64,000 nucleotides of DNA from Deltaproteobacteria bacterium (GTDB lineage: Bacteria; Myxococcota; Kuafuiibacteriia; Kuafuiibacteriales; Kuafuiibacteriaceae): positions 192,001 through 256,000 of the forward strand of contig JAVJQW010000062.1 in NCBI GenBank assembly GCA_040218735.1, read 5' to 3'. A model generated the notes under the pieces. That model was given only the letters and a program-made list of their open reading frames with translations, had not been told where the DNA came from and did not search any database. Both the position numbers and the translations under genes were made by a program. Below, piece after piece: positions 9,606-19,900 of this stretch; positions within the stretch are counted from its first letter, which is position 1, and each line of letters starts with the position of its first letter.

Positions 9606-12182
9606 TCAGTTCCTCACCGGCGACAGCTCCGCCAGCGCCTCGCGAACAGGTGCGCTCGACGCGTGGTCTTCGCCGTACTGACGGTCGTAGATCCTGAGCG
9701 CTCGTTCGAACAGCTGTCGCGCCTCGTCGAAGTGGCGGCGTCGGGCTTCGACCCGCGCGAGCGCCTCGAGCCCTTCCAGCTTGGTGTACGTATCGCCCTC
9801 GACGTGCGCCGACTGGATCGCCAAGGCCCTCCGGAGCGTCGCCGCGGCCTGACCGAAGTGCCCTTCTGCGCGCTCCAGATCTCCTAGGACGGCGAGCGCC
9901 TCGCCGTGGTCGAGGTGCTCCGCGCCGCGCTCGATCGAGAACCGCTCGACCGCGGAGACGACGTGTGGCCGGGCGAGCTTTGGGCGTTCCATCGCGACGT
10001 AGGCGCGACCGAGATCGAGATCGATGTACGCCGTGTCGACGTGGTCCGCGCCGAACTCACGGAGGTAATACGAACGCGCACGCTTCATGAGCGGAACCGC
10101 GGCGGCCGCCTCCCCCATCCGGACGTAGACACACGCGCGATCGTGATAGCTCCGCACGACCATGATGTCCTCCGCGGAGAACGCGGCGGTGAAGATCTTC
10201 TCCGAGCGCTCGAGGTCCGCCAACGCCTCCTCGTAGCGCCCGATCGAGAGCAACGCACGCGCCCGGTAGAAGTACGAGTAGCCCGTCTGCGGGTGGTCTG
10301 GACCGAGGTGCCGCTCGCGAATGTCGAGCGCGCGCTCCTGGTCGACAAGCGCGTCCTCGATGCGCCCCATGCGGTGGTGAAGCCACCCGCGTCGCCCGTA
10401 GAACGCAGCCACCGTCGCGTGACGACCCGCCAGCTGCGGCGCCAGCGCCAGCGCGTACCCGGCGTAACGTTCGGCCGCCGGGTAGTCGGAGTGGCGCGCC
10501 GCCGTCACGTACGTCAACATGTCCCAGGCCTCGGCCATCGCGAGCGGGTCCCCCGCTTCGAGACCACGCCGCGCCCCCTCGTGCAGGTGTCGCTCGGCGT
10601 CCGCGAGCCTCCCGAGCCGCCCTTCCGCCCACCCCAGGCGCGTCGCGGCCGCCGCGCGGATGGGCGTGTAGTCCAGCGTGTCGGCCTCCGCATAGACGGC
10701 CTCCGCGACCACGAGCGCTTCGTCATAACGCGCGAGCTCGTGCAGCGTTCGAACGCGTTGCAGCTCACTCTCCAACGCGGCGACCGTCGCACGAACGCGC
10801 GGATCCGCGGGCGGAGGTGTGCGCTGCCGAAGGTGTTCGAGGTCCCCGCAGACCTCCGTCGGCGTGAGCGCCGCGATGGCGTTGGCGACGCGCCCGACCG
10901 AGGCCTCGTCCACTTCCGTCAGCCCAGCGGAGAGGGCGTTGAGCTCGAGCGTCCGCTCCTCCAGACACAGCATACGTGTCGAGAGCAGCGCGCGCGACTG
11001 GACGTTCTTCACATACGTTGCTTCGCAGGCCGAACGCTCCATCGCGTGGATCCGAGAGATCTGTCGGTGAAACGCAGCGTCGATCGCGTCCACCGTCGCG
11101 GCGGCGTACGGGACTCGGGTCGCGTGCACGGCTTCGACGATCTCGGTCCGACGCGTTTGGCCGTAGATGGAATCGAAGTTCCTCGGCGGCCCCGAACAGG
11201 GCTCGGTCGACGTCGGCGCGAGCAACATCGCAGCGGCGACGATGCCCGCGCCCACCCCCACGCCGGCGAGCACGGCCTGTCGCGAACGTCGGTCCCGCGC
11301 CCGCTCGAGCTCGACGAGCAACGCCGCCATCGTCCGGTGACGGTCCGACGACTCCGGAGCCAACCCGGTCGACAGCGCGCTGCGCGCACGACGCGGGACG
11401 GAGGTTCGCAGAGGCGTCGGACGCCGTCGCCCGGCCCTGACTTCGTCCCTGAGCGCCTGCCAAGTCGCGGCCTCGAACGGCCGGGAGCCGAAGAGCACCT
11501 CGTGCGCGACGACGCAGAACGCAAACTGATCCGAGCTCGCATCGACGACGCCGTCGAACTGCTCCGGGGCCATGTACGCCGGAGTCCCCGCGACGCTGCT
11601 GCGCGTCACGGGCGCCTGCGCAGCGACGGAGCCGGCGCGATCGAAGGGTCGCGCGAGCCCGAAATCGAGGACCCGCGGACGGCCTTCCCGATCGATGATG
11701 ACGTTCTCCGGCTTGAAGTCCCCGTGGACGAGGCCCGCCGCGTGTGCGGCCGCGATGCCCTCCCCGGCGGCGACGAGGACCGAGAGGCGCTGCCGCGTCG
11801 TCCTCTGCTCCGCCTCGCACCACGCGCGCAGGGTGACACCGTCGACGAACTCCATCGCGATGAAGACCCGCCCCTCGTACGTGCCGACCTCATACGCGGA
11901 GACGACGTTCGGGTGCGAGAGCTTCGCCATCGCCTTGGCCTCGGCGATCAGACGCGCCTGGTCGGCCTCGCCGTTGGCGCCGTCGGGTCGGAGGAGCTTC
12001 AGCGCCACCTTGCGGTCGAGCTCGGGATCGAACGCGGCGTACACCACCCCCATCGCGCCCTCGCCGACCTTCTCCAGGACGACGAAGCGGCCCACGCGCA
12101 CCGGCTCCATCGGCTCCCCGAAGATCCGCGAGCGCACCCGCGCACGCGCGCGCGCTTCTTCGAGATCCCAACCGTTCTTCAT
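9606..12182 (-). CDS. membrane Ser/Thr protein kinase with extracytoplasmic TPR repeats
   Basis: GEGAMGVVY, VALK, HGDFKPEN, DFG and GTPAYMAPEQ motifs, one TM, and TPR-like repeats (LGPDHP..). Confidence 0.92.
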   Translation of the reverse strand: MKNGWDLEEARARARVRSRIFGEPMEPVRVGRFVVLEKVGEGAMGVVYAAFDPELDRKVALKLLRPDGANGEADQARLIAEAKAMAKLSHPNVVSAYEVGTYEGRVFIAMEFVDGVTLRAWCEAEQRTTRQRLSVLVAAGEGIAAAHAAGLVHGDFKPENVIIDREGRPRVLDFGLARPFDRAGSVAAQAPVTRSSVAGTPAYMAPEQFDGVVDASSDQFAFCVVAHEVLFGSRPFEAATWQALRDEVRAGRRRPTPLRTSVPRRARSALSTGLAPESSDRHRTMAALLVELERARDRRSRQAVLAGVGVGAGIVAAAMLLAPTSTEPCSGPPRNFDSIYGQTRRTEIVEAVHATRVPYAAATVDAIDAAFHRQISRIHAMERSACEATYVKNVQSRALLSTRMLCLEERTLELNALSAGLTEVDEASVGRVANAIAALTPTEVCGDLEHLRQRTPPPADPRVRATVAALESELQRVRTLHELARYDEALVVAEAVYAEADTLDYTPIRAAAATRLGWAEGRLGRLADAERHLHEGARRGLEAGDPLAMAEAWDMLTYVTAARHSDYPAAERYAGYALALAPQLAGRHATVAAFYGRRGWLHHRMGRIEDALVDQERALDIRERHLGPDHPQTGYSYFYRARALLSIGRYEEALADLERSEKIFTAAFSAEDIMVVRSYHDRACVYVRMGEAAAAVPLMKRARSYYLREFGADHVDTAYIDLDLGRAYVAMERPKLARPHVVSAVERFSIERGAEHLDHGEALAVLGDLERAEGHFGQAAATLRRALAIQSAHVEGDTYTKLEGLEALARVEARRRHFDEARQLFERALRIYDRQYGEDHASSAPVREALAELSPVRN

Positions 12183-12805
12183 CGCGCCCCGAGGCCTTCC
12201 GCATCGAGTATCGCGCGCACGTCGCGGCTCCACTTGGGTAGGTCCGCCAGCGTCGACTCGACGAGCGCCTCCCCCTCCAGCTCCAGCGCCGCCGCCTTCA
12301 GTCGCTCCAGACCTCGGCGCACGCGGCTGCGCGCGGTCCCTTCGGGGACGTCGAGGGCCGCAGCGAGCTCGGGTCCGGACATCTGTTCGAAGTAGTAGAG
12401 CTCGAGCGCGACCTGCAGCTCGATCGGAATCCTTCGCAAGGCGCGGACGAGGAGTCGCTGCTCCTGTCGCGCGCCCACGATCTTCGAGGGCGTCGGGCCG
12501 AGGTCCTCCACGCTCGTGATCGAGAAGTCGAGCGGCGCCTCGCGATGCGCACGGTGATGGATGTGGCGGTACAGCACATGTCGGGCGGCGCCGAACAGGT
12601 AGGCGCGGAACCGGTCATCCGCCTCGAGGCGATCTCGCCCGCGCACACAGGCGAGGAAGGTCTCTTGGACGAGGTCCTCGATGCCCCCCTCGGTCTTCGT
12701 CCGAAAGAACCGGTACACGCTGGCGAAGTGCCGGTCGAACAGCGCGCTCCCGGCCTTGGCGTCGCCGCCCCGCCAGGCCCGCAGCAGGTCGGTATCGGAG
12801 GCCAC
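12179..12805 (-). CDS. ECF sigma-70 factor (kinase-associated type)
   Basis: DLVQETFLAC (region 2) and ELAAALDVPEGTARSRVRRG (region 4). Its stop overlaps the kinase start (ATGA). Confidence 0.9.
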   Translation of the reverse strand: MASDTDLLRAWRGGDAKAGSALFDRHFASVYRFFRTKTEGGIEDLVQETFLACVRGRDRLEADDRFRAYLFGAARHVLYRHIHHRAHREAPLDFSITSVEDLGPTPSKIVGARQEQRLLVRALRRIPIELQVALELYYFEQMSGPELAAALDVPEGTARSRVRRGLERLKAAALELEGEALVESTLADLPKWSRDVRAILDAEGLGAR

Positions 12806-12891
12806 AAGGGGATCTAACGCGTCGTGAGAAAAATCTGACAAAAAAAGCCGAAGGCCGTGATCGATTCGCGCTCGGCTCGGACTGAAGGGCC

Positions 12892-13449
12892 ATGAGCAAC
12901 CGCCCCGAGCCACACCTCACCTCCAAGCCGCGCCTGCTGGCGGCCGCCCTGGCCCTCGGCCTGGCGAGCCCCGCGTGCATGATCTCGCCGGAGCACGGCG
13001 ACTGGATCGAGTCGCTCCAGCACCCCGTCACGTTCACCGTCGTGTCGCCGTGGGAGGACGCCAACTATTCCATCGAGACCGCGGTCTTCAACAGCAACGA
13101 CGAGGTCATCGGATGGAACTTCCTCGTCGCCGGCCAAACCGACACGTTCCTCCTCACAGACCCGGACGGCCGTGACCTCTTCATCGACACGAAGGTCACG
13201 CAGATCCTCGTCGGCTGGACCGCCGCGCCCGGACCGGGCTGCGGAGGAATCAACCCCGAGTGCCACAAGAAGGTCCGCATCCGAGGCCACATCCAGGGGC
13301 CCACCGGTGCCACATCCACGATGTTCACCTACGACGACGGCACGGCGAGCTGCCGCAGCAACGCGCTCGTCTCCGGCGGCGCCGACGAGGTCATCACCGA
13401 ATGCGCACGCGACGAGGACTGGATCGAGGTCTTTGCGTACGACGACTGA
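12892..13449 (+). CDS. hypothetical lipoprotein
   Basis: Hydrophobic leader ending LASPAC. Divergent from the ECF gene. Confidence 0.65.
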   Translation: MSNRPEPHLTSKPRLLAAALALGLASPACMISPEHGDWIESLQHPVTFTVVSPWEDANYSIETAVFNSNDEVIGWNFLVAGQTDTFLLTDPDGRDLFIDTKVTQILVGWTAAPGPGCGGINPECHKKVRIRGHIQGPTGATSTMFTYDDGTASCRSNALVSGGADEVITECARDEDWIEVFAYDD

Positions 13450-13476
13450 GAGGAGCGCAGCGCTCGACGACCTAGA

Positions 13477-16092
13477 CTAGTCGATGCGGACGCCCGTGTG
13501 AGCGACGAGGAGCGGCTCGGCGACCGCGGCGCCGAGGATCGTCGTCGACGCGTCGTAGCGTACCTCCGCGACCCACGAGATCCCGACGGTACGTGCCCCC
13601 GGGAGCGCGAGCGCCTCGAACAACGCAAGGGACACGCCGAGCGCCGCGCGCGTGCGTCGATGCCAGCGTCGCCCCAAGACGTCGTAGGACGGACCGGCGG
13701 CGACTCGCGCGAAGAGATCGTGGGCGAGGCGATGTTCGGGCAGGAGCGGCACACGTGCTTCCACGCCCACGGGCACGGTCCACAACCACCGTGACGGCAG
13801 CGACGCGCGGGCGAACTGGTACTCGACGTCGGCGCCCACGGTGAGCAACACGTGAACCGCGAGATCGTCTCTCGAGAACAGTGGAGCAACGCCACCGCCG
13901 CCCGCCAGAATCGACCATTGGGACCCGGCGCCGAGGTCCCGCGTCCGGGTCCCAGCGGAGAACTCGAACCCGATTTCGTCGGTCACGTCCGCACCCACGA
14001 GCGGACGGGAGGGCAGCTTTCGGTATCGAACGAGCTCGAAGCGGCTCCGCGCGACGCGCGGGCGGAGCCCGTCGAGGTACCAGGTGGCGTCCCCCGCGAT
14101 GAACCGAAACGCGGACCGACTCGAGAAGCCATGGCGACGGTGGTCACCGAGCCGCTCGTCGAACACCGCGCCGGCGAGCCGTAGACCGCGGTCCGACACG
14201 CCGACTCCGAACATGTCGACGCCCGCGTGCGGAAACGCCCGCGTGTACCGGTCGTCGCCCGGTGCCGACGCCACCCCGGTACGACGGAGACGTTGTCGAG
14301 CGACCTGCGCCGCCAGCAGCGCGTCGGAGACTTCGAGGACCCGCTCGCGGACGAACAGCGACCGATGCGCTTCGACGTACGGCTGGTCGCGGAGCTTCGG
14401 AGCTCTCGTCGCGACGAGCAGTCGACGGTGGACGTCGGGATCGAGGCGGAGCGTCCTATCGTCGAAGATGACCGAAGCGACGAAGCCCAGCAGGCGCACG
14501 GCGTCGAGGAGGGCGTTCGGCGCATCGCGGGAACGCAGAGCGTCGACGACGTCCGCCAGGGCCGCGTAACCTCGAATGCGGTCGTCCTCGCTTCGGCTCG
14601 TCACCGCCTCCGTGGCTCGGGCCAGTCGCTCCAGAAGCGCGCCGTCGACGTGCCGAGCTGCGAGCCCAGGGAGGCCCCGCACCAAGCGCGCGAGCAGCGC
14701 GTGCTGGCCTCGACGACGTGCTCTCGTGGCCTCGGCTTCGCGCTCGCGGTTGTCCCGCGCCGACAGCGCGACTTCGACCCGGACGCTCGCGTCGATCAGG
14801 ACCGCGACCGCCGGGTGCTCGACGTTCCCGAGGTGATCCACGAGCGCACGGTAGGCCTCGGCCCGAAGGAGCGGTGAGGTGGCGTGCATTCGCTCGAAGG
14901 TCGCCTCGACCCGGGTGCCGAGGAGATCGACGAGCTCCGCCTCGGCGATACGTCGGCGCGCGTCCGCGTCCCGCGCGTCGCGGTCGAAGCTCGCGAACGT
15001 GTCACCGACGCGGACGAGGAGCGGGCCTCCATCGTAGGCGCGCGCAAAGGCGAGACCGTCCAACGCCGTCGTCGGCCCCTTCCCCAGGGCGCCCGGGTGA
15101 TGCACGCGTCGTTCGGCGGGGAGCACCCCGTTGACGAGCTCGATGAGCAGCGAAGCGCAGTTCTGACCGAAGAAGTAGTAGTCCGGTCGAAAGGTCTGCA
15201 GCACGCTGTGAATCCGCTCGAACAGGCGGAGGCGCTCTTCCTCGGAGAGGCGCAGTCGGAACCGAACGATGTCGCGGTCCTCGTCGACCACATAGAGCCG
15301 GTAGGTATCGAGGAACGAAGCCTCCACCATCTTGGCGCGGTAGCCGCCGAAGATCCCCTTGAACACGTAGAGCGGATCGTCGCGCGAGGCGAAGTGGGTT
15401 TCGGCGACGTAGGAGAAGGTTCGGCTCGCGGCGAGGCCGTGCATGCCGCGTTCGCCCTTCGGCACCACCCGAAAGAAGAGGTGACCGAACATCGATCCGA
15501 TCGTCGCCGTCGTCGGAGACGCGAGCGCGACCTCGATCCCCGCGACCGCGTCCGGCTGGGCCCACCGCGCGAAGGCCGGGCACCTTCGAGCGGGTTGGTA
15601 ATCGTCGAGCGCGAGTGTGTCCGCGAAGAAACGCGCTACGGAGAGGTGACGGCAGCGCTCGCCGTCGCGTGGCGCGAAGAACGCCGCGGCGTGCGTCGCG
15701 AGATCCCAACGCGGGCTTCGGCGGCCGACGTCGTCCACATAACCTGCTCCGGCTCGGTTGCTCGCGTGTGGCATCGGCGCGAGGGCCGTCGCAAAGAACC
15801 CACGCCACGCATTGTGAACACGCCACCGACCATCGTCGGACCACCCGTGCTCCGAGTCCAACGCGAAGAACAGCGCGGCGATCGCGGACCGACGAAGGTC
15901 CGACCACGTCCCGTCGGCGGTCGGATGCACGAACAACCGCCGCTCGTCCGCGTCGAAGATCTGCTCGGCGTCGAGGCCGAACGGGCGCGGGCCGGACCGC
16001 ACCTCGACGGTCCAGCCGTCGTGCCACTCGGGAGGGACGCCGTCGAAGAGGCCGGCACCGATCGCAAGCGCACCAACCAGCGGAACCAGCAT
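13477..16092 (-). CDS. DUF4105 (Lnb-type periplasmic domain) protein with probable C-terminal beta-barrel
   Basis: SMFGHLFFRV and YYFFGQNCASLL motifs, a signal peptide, and an amphipathic beta-rich C-terminus. Confidence 0.75.
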   Translation of the reverse strand: MLVPLVGALAIGAGLFDGVPPEWHDGWTVEVRSGPRPFGLDAEQIFDADERRLFVHPTADGTWSDLRRSAIAALFFALDSEHGWSDDGRWRVHNAWRGFFATALAPMPHASNRAGAGYVDDVGRRSPRWDLATHAAAFFAPRDGERCRHLSVARFFADTLALDDYQPARRCPAFARWAQPDAVAGIEVALASPTTATIGSMFGHLFFRVVPKGERGMHGLAASRTFSYVAETHFASRDDPLYVFKGIFGGYRAKMVEASFLDTYRLYVVDEDRDIVRFRLRLSEEERLRLFERIHSVLQTFRPDYYFFGQNCASLLIELVNGVLPAERRVHHPGALGKGPTTALDGLAFARAYDGGPLLVRVGDTFASFDRDARDADARRRIAEAELVDLLGTRVEATFERMHATSPLLRAEAYRALVDHLGNVEHPAVAVLIDASVRVEVALSARDNREREAEATRARRRGQHALLARLVRGLPGLAARHVDGALLERLARATEAVTSRSEDDRIRGYAALADVVDALRSRDAPNALLDAVRLLGFVASVIFDDRTLRLDPDVHRRLLVATRAPKLRDQPYVEAHRSLFVRERVLEVSDALLAAQVARQRLRRTGVASAPGDDRYTRAFPHAGVDMFGVGVSDRGLRLAGAVFDERLGDHRRHGFSSRSAFRFIAGDATWYLDGLRPRVARSRFELVRYRKLPSRPLVGADVTDEIGFEFSAGTRTRDLGAGSQWSILAGGGGVAPLFSRDDLAVHVLLTVGADVEYQFARASLPSRWLWTVPVGVEARVPLLPEHRLAHDLFARVAAGPSYDVLGRRWHRRTRAALGVSLALFEALALPGARTVGISWVAEVRYDASTTILGAAVAEPLLVAHTGVRID

Positions 16093-16833
16093 TCAGCCTC
16101 GCGACCCCAGCAGTCGCTCGACGGACCCCGTCAAACGGGCCGCCCCGATCGTGCGCTCCAACGCGTGGACGAAGTGCGTGGCAAACGCGCGGGGGTCGAG
16201 TGCCCGCCCCGTGCCGCCGAGCGCGTTCAACATCGCGGTCTGCTCCGCCGACCCGTCGAGGGCGTCGAAGAACGCGGCCTCCTCCGTCGGCGAGAGTCCG
16301 AGCTCTCGGGTCCACGCCGCCAGGATCGGTCCTCGCGCAACCACGACGTCACGAACGACGATCGGGTGGTGTCGCTCCAGATAGCTGGCGAGCTCCTCCT
16401 CGCCGGTCGTCGCGTCGGCGATCGTGAGCGCGACCCCCGCCGCGACACCGGCCAGCACGACGATCGCGCCGAGGACCGTCAGCGCTTTGCTCGACTGCCG
16501 ATTGCTGGAGCCGTTCGAAGAGTCGTTGGACGAGTTCTCCGAAGAATCGTTCGAGGAGTCGTCACTGGAGTCCCGTGAGTCCGCCGAGGACTCCGCGGAG
16601 TCCTGCGACGAACCCTCCGAGTTCTGCGACGAGGCGTCGGAGTCCTCCGACGACGCATCGGAGTTGTCGCTCGAGTTCTCGGAAGACTGCGAGTCGGAGG
16701 AGTCCGCAGACGACTGTGAGTCCGACGAGTCTTCCGAGCTGTTCGAGTCTTGCGACGCGCGCGTCGCGGCCGGCGTGAACACGAGCGCCACCACACTCGA
16801 GAAGACCAGCAGGCGAGCGACCGCGAAGCGCAT
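16093..16833 (-). CDS. exported Ser-rich protein, DUF3015/DUF2388-like
   Basis: Signal peptide, Ser/Asp/Glu tract, hydrophobic helix and LASYLERHHPIVVRDVVVARGPIL segment. Lies immediately upstream of the DUF4105 gene. Confidence 0.55.
   Translation of the reverse strand: MRFAVARLLVFSSVVALVFTPAATRASQDSNSSEDSSDSQSSADSSDSQSSENSSDNSDASSEDSDASSQNSEGSSQDSAESSADSRDSSDDSSNDSSENSSNDSSNGSSNRQSSKALTVLGAIVVLAGVAAGVALTIADATTGEEELASYLERHHPIVVRDVVVARGPILAAWTRELGLSPTEEAAFFDALDGSAEQTAMLNALGGTGRALDPRAFATHFVHALERTIGAARLTGSVERLLGSRG
16505..16752 (-). repeat. coding low-complexity Ser/Asp/Glu repeat (SSEDS/SSNDS units)
   Basis: Directly visible in the translation. Confidence 0.8.
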
Positions 16834-16994
16834 GCCCGTGATCGTCGCGGTGCATGCCTCGGCACCGCAAGTTACGGCGCGCCGTGGCGAGCGCGCGCAC
16901 GTGTCTCGATCATCTCGATCTACGACGGTGTGAAATCATTGCGGATGACGCGGTGCGAGGGTGCGACTCGCCGCTGTTCAACTGCCCCGGAGGA

Positions 16995-19900
16995 TCACCA
17001 AGCGTTCATCACGCAGTCGACGCGACCACGCGCGCCGCTCGCGCCGCGACCGCTGATGCAGAAGTCCTGATCGCCGTCGTTGTCGAGGTCGCCGATGGCG
17101 AGGGAGCCACGGTAGTAACACTGCCGGTCAGGCGTTCCGGAACCGTACACACCCGCGAGCGTGAGGTTGGTGTCGATCTGCCCGCTGACGTCGGCCGACG
17201 AGCCCATGAACAGGTGCGTCTCACCCGCGTGGGTGAACGGGTTGCCAAAGCCCTGCGAGAACGTCGCGACGGAGATGATGTCCGCCTTGCCGCCGCGGTT
17301 CACGTTCGAGAACTCCGCGACGTCGAGGCAGTGCCCGAAGCCGTCCGCCGGATCCACGCCCTGGTACCGGATGTCCGGCGTCGCCGCCGCCGACAGGTCG
17401 AACGTGCTACCGCCCGCGATCGGGCCGGCCCACGCGTCGACCGCGCCGTAGCGAACGCCGCCGAAGCGCGTCGCGTCGCCGCCGATGATCAGGTCGTTGT
17501 CCGCGTTGCCCGTGACGTCGCCGATCGCGAGGCCCGTGCCGTACGCGTCGCGCACGCCTTCACCGAACCACCGCGCGCTGAAGTTCGTCGCGAGGTCGTA
17601 GACCGTGACGTTCGAGAGCGGACCGAAGAACGCCCACACGCCGCCCGCGTCCTGACCGCCGCCGGCCGGGTCGTGCGCCGACGCGCTGATGACGAGGTCG
17701 CCCACGCCGTCGCCGGTGATGTCGCCGACCGCCGCCGTCTGGCCGAGCCGATCGAAGGCCGCGAGGCCGTCGAACGAGGCGTAGACCCCCGCCGCGTTGA
17801 GCGTCGCGCTGGTGAGCGTCGGGCCGCCCTGGACCACGACGACGCGCCCGGCCTCGCCGTTCGCGCCAACCATGCCGATCACGATGTCGTTGAACGCGTC
17901 GCCGGTGAGCTCGCCGATCGCGAGGATGCTCATCGTGTCGCCGACGTTCGGCGCGCTGAAGGTCGCGACCACGTCCGCCGTCGGGGCGTTCAGATCGAGG
18001 AGGTTGTTCGGGATCGCGTTCAGGCCCGCGCCGCCGCGGATGACGTAGCCGCGTCCACACGTGTCCATGCCGCTCGCGCACGCGCCGTTCGGAGCCGACG
18101 CGACGATGTCGTCGATGCCGTCACCCGTGACGTCGCCGATCTGGATGCGACCGTAGACGGTGCCGGCGAGGAAGTCGTCGACCCGCGCGCCGTCGATGCG
18201 GAGCCAGGCGGAGGCGGTCGGGTCCGCCTCGGTGCCGTCGAAGAAGCCGGGGCCGGCCTCGACGAGGAGGATGGTGCCCGCGCGGTAACGCGCCGGCGCC
18301 GGCAGGCCGTCCGCGCCGATCGCGAGGTCCGGGACGCCGTTGTTGTTCACGTCGCCGATCGCGACGCGGTCGAGGCTACGCGTCCCCACCGAGCCGAGGA
18401 ACGAGCGGTCCGCCGGCGTCTGGGAGGTGTCGAAGATGCGCTGCTCGATCTGGCAGCCCGCGGAGCAACCGTCGCCGGCGACGGTGTTGCCGTCGTCGCA
18501 CTGCTCGCCCGCGTCGAGGATGTTGTCACCGCAGCCGTCGAGGACCGTGACGTTGCCGGTCGTCTCGGCGCCGAAGTTGCCCACCGAGGCGTTCGGGTGA
18601 CGCATGCGCCAGCGGCTCGGGTACATGCCGTCGTTCTGCGGGCCCTGCACCGCGAAGACGAACTCGTACTGCTGACCCGGGGCGACGTCCTGCGGGAGGT
18701 TCACACTCGTGGTGCCGTACAGGTTCACCGGCGAGTTCGTCGACTGCAGCGTGTACTGGCCCGAAAGCCACGTCTCCGTACCGGTGTTCTGCATCGTGAT
18801 GCGGAACGTCTCCGGCCGCAGCGGCGACATGATCGGGTAGACCTCCTGCACGACGGCGGAGTCGTAGCCGCGCTGCGTCCCCGGCGCGACGGTGATCTGG
18901 TTCGGCGTGACCTCGCCGTAGAACCCGACGCCCGGGATGCCCGACGCGAACATCTGGAAGTTGAAGTCGTAGACCGTCGACATCGCCGGGCTCGGCGCCG
19001 TGATGACGAACGTGTAGTCCTCGGAGTTGCCGCTCGGGATCGGCTGCGACGTCGGCGTGATGGTCTGCGAGCCCCACTGGTTCACGGGGCTGTTCTGGCT
19101 GCGGAGCATCGTGTTGCCGGAGGAGATGGTGCCGTTGCCCGGCCAGGTCTCCGTGCCGATGTTGTTCATCCGCACCGTGACTTCGCGAACCTCGCCCGGC
19201 GCCATGTTCGTGGGGATGTTGCTGTTGGCAACGTCGAGCTCCGCATCCCACGGGTCCGGTCCGCCGGCGCCGACGGTGACGGGGATGTTGAAGCAGTTCG
19301 ACGAGACGCGGAAGTAACCCACGCCGCCCTGCGTCCACGGGATGAGCTGGTACATCTGCCGCGAGATGTCGTAGTTGCCCGGCGCCGACGGCGCGCGGAT
19401 CGTCATGTTGAAGGTATGGGTGTTGCCCGTGCCGAGGGCGGTCCCCTGCGGCGAGCCCGCGACGAGCGCGTTGTTCCGCACGCAGGTCGTGCTCGAGCCC
19501 CACTCCGCGACCGGGTTGTCCCGCGAGCGGAGGCAGTGGCCGTTGTTCGACCAGTCCTGCGTGCCCGTGTTGATGACCGTGATGCTGACGGCGGCCGTCG
19601 AGTCCGGCGTCATCGTCGCGGGCACGGTGTGCGACTGCAGCGCGCAGCCCCAGAACGGGCGGCGGGTCGGGTCCGTGGTGATGTTCGGGACGGAGAACGT
19701 CGGACCGAAGTACCCGGTCTGGCCCCCCACCAGGCTGTACGAGCGCGCCGCGAACGTGTGCGGCCCGACCGTCTGCGGCGCGGTGATCACCAGCCGATAG
19801 TCGTACTGGTTGGTGATCGGCGTCGCCGTGTACACGCGCGGGGCGGTCGCCTGGAACGTCGTGTTCTGCTGGAACAGCGCGTACTGGTTCACACCCCAGT

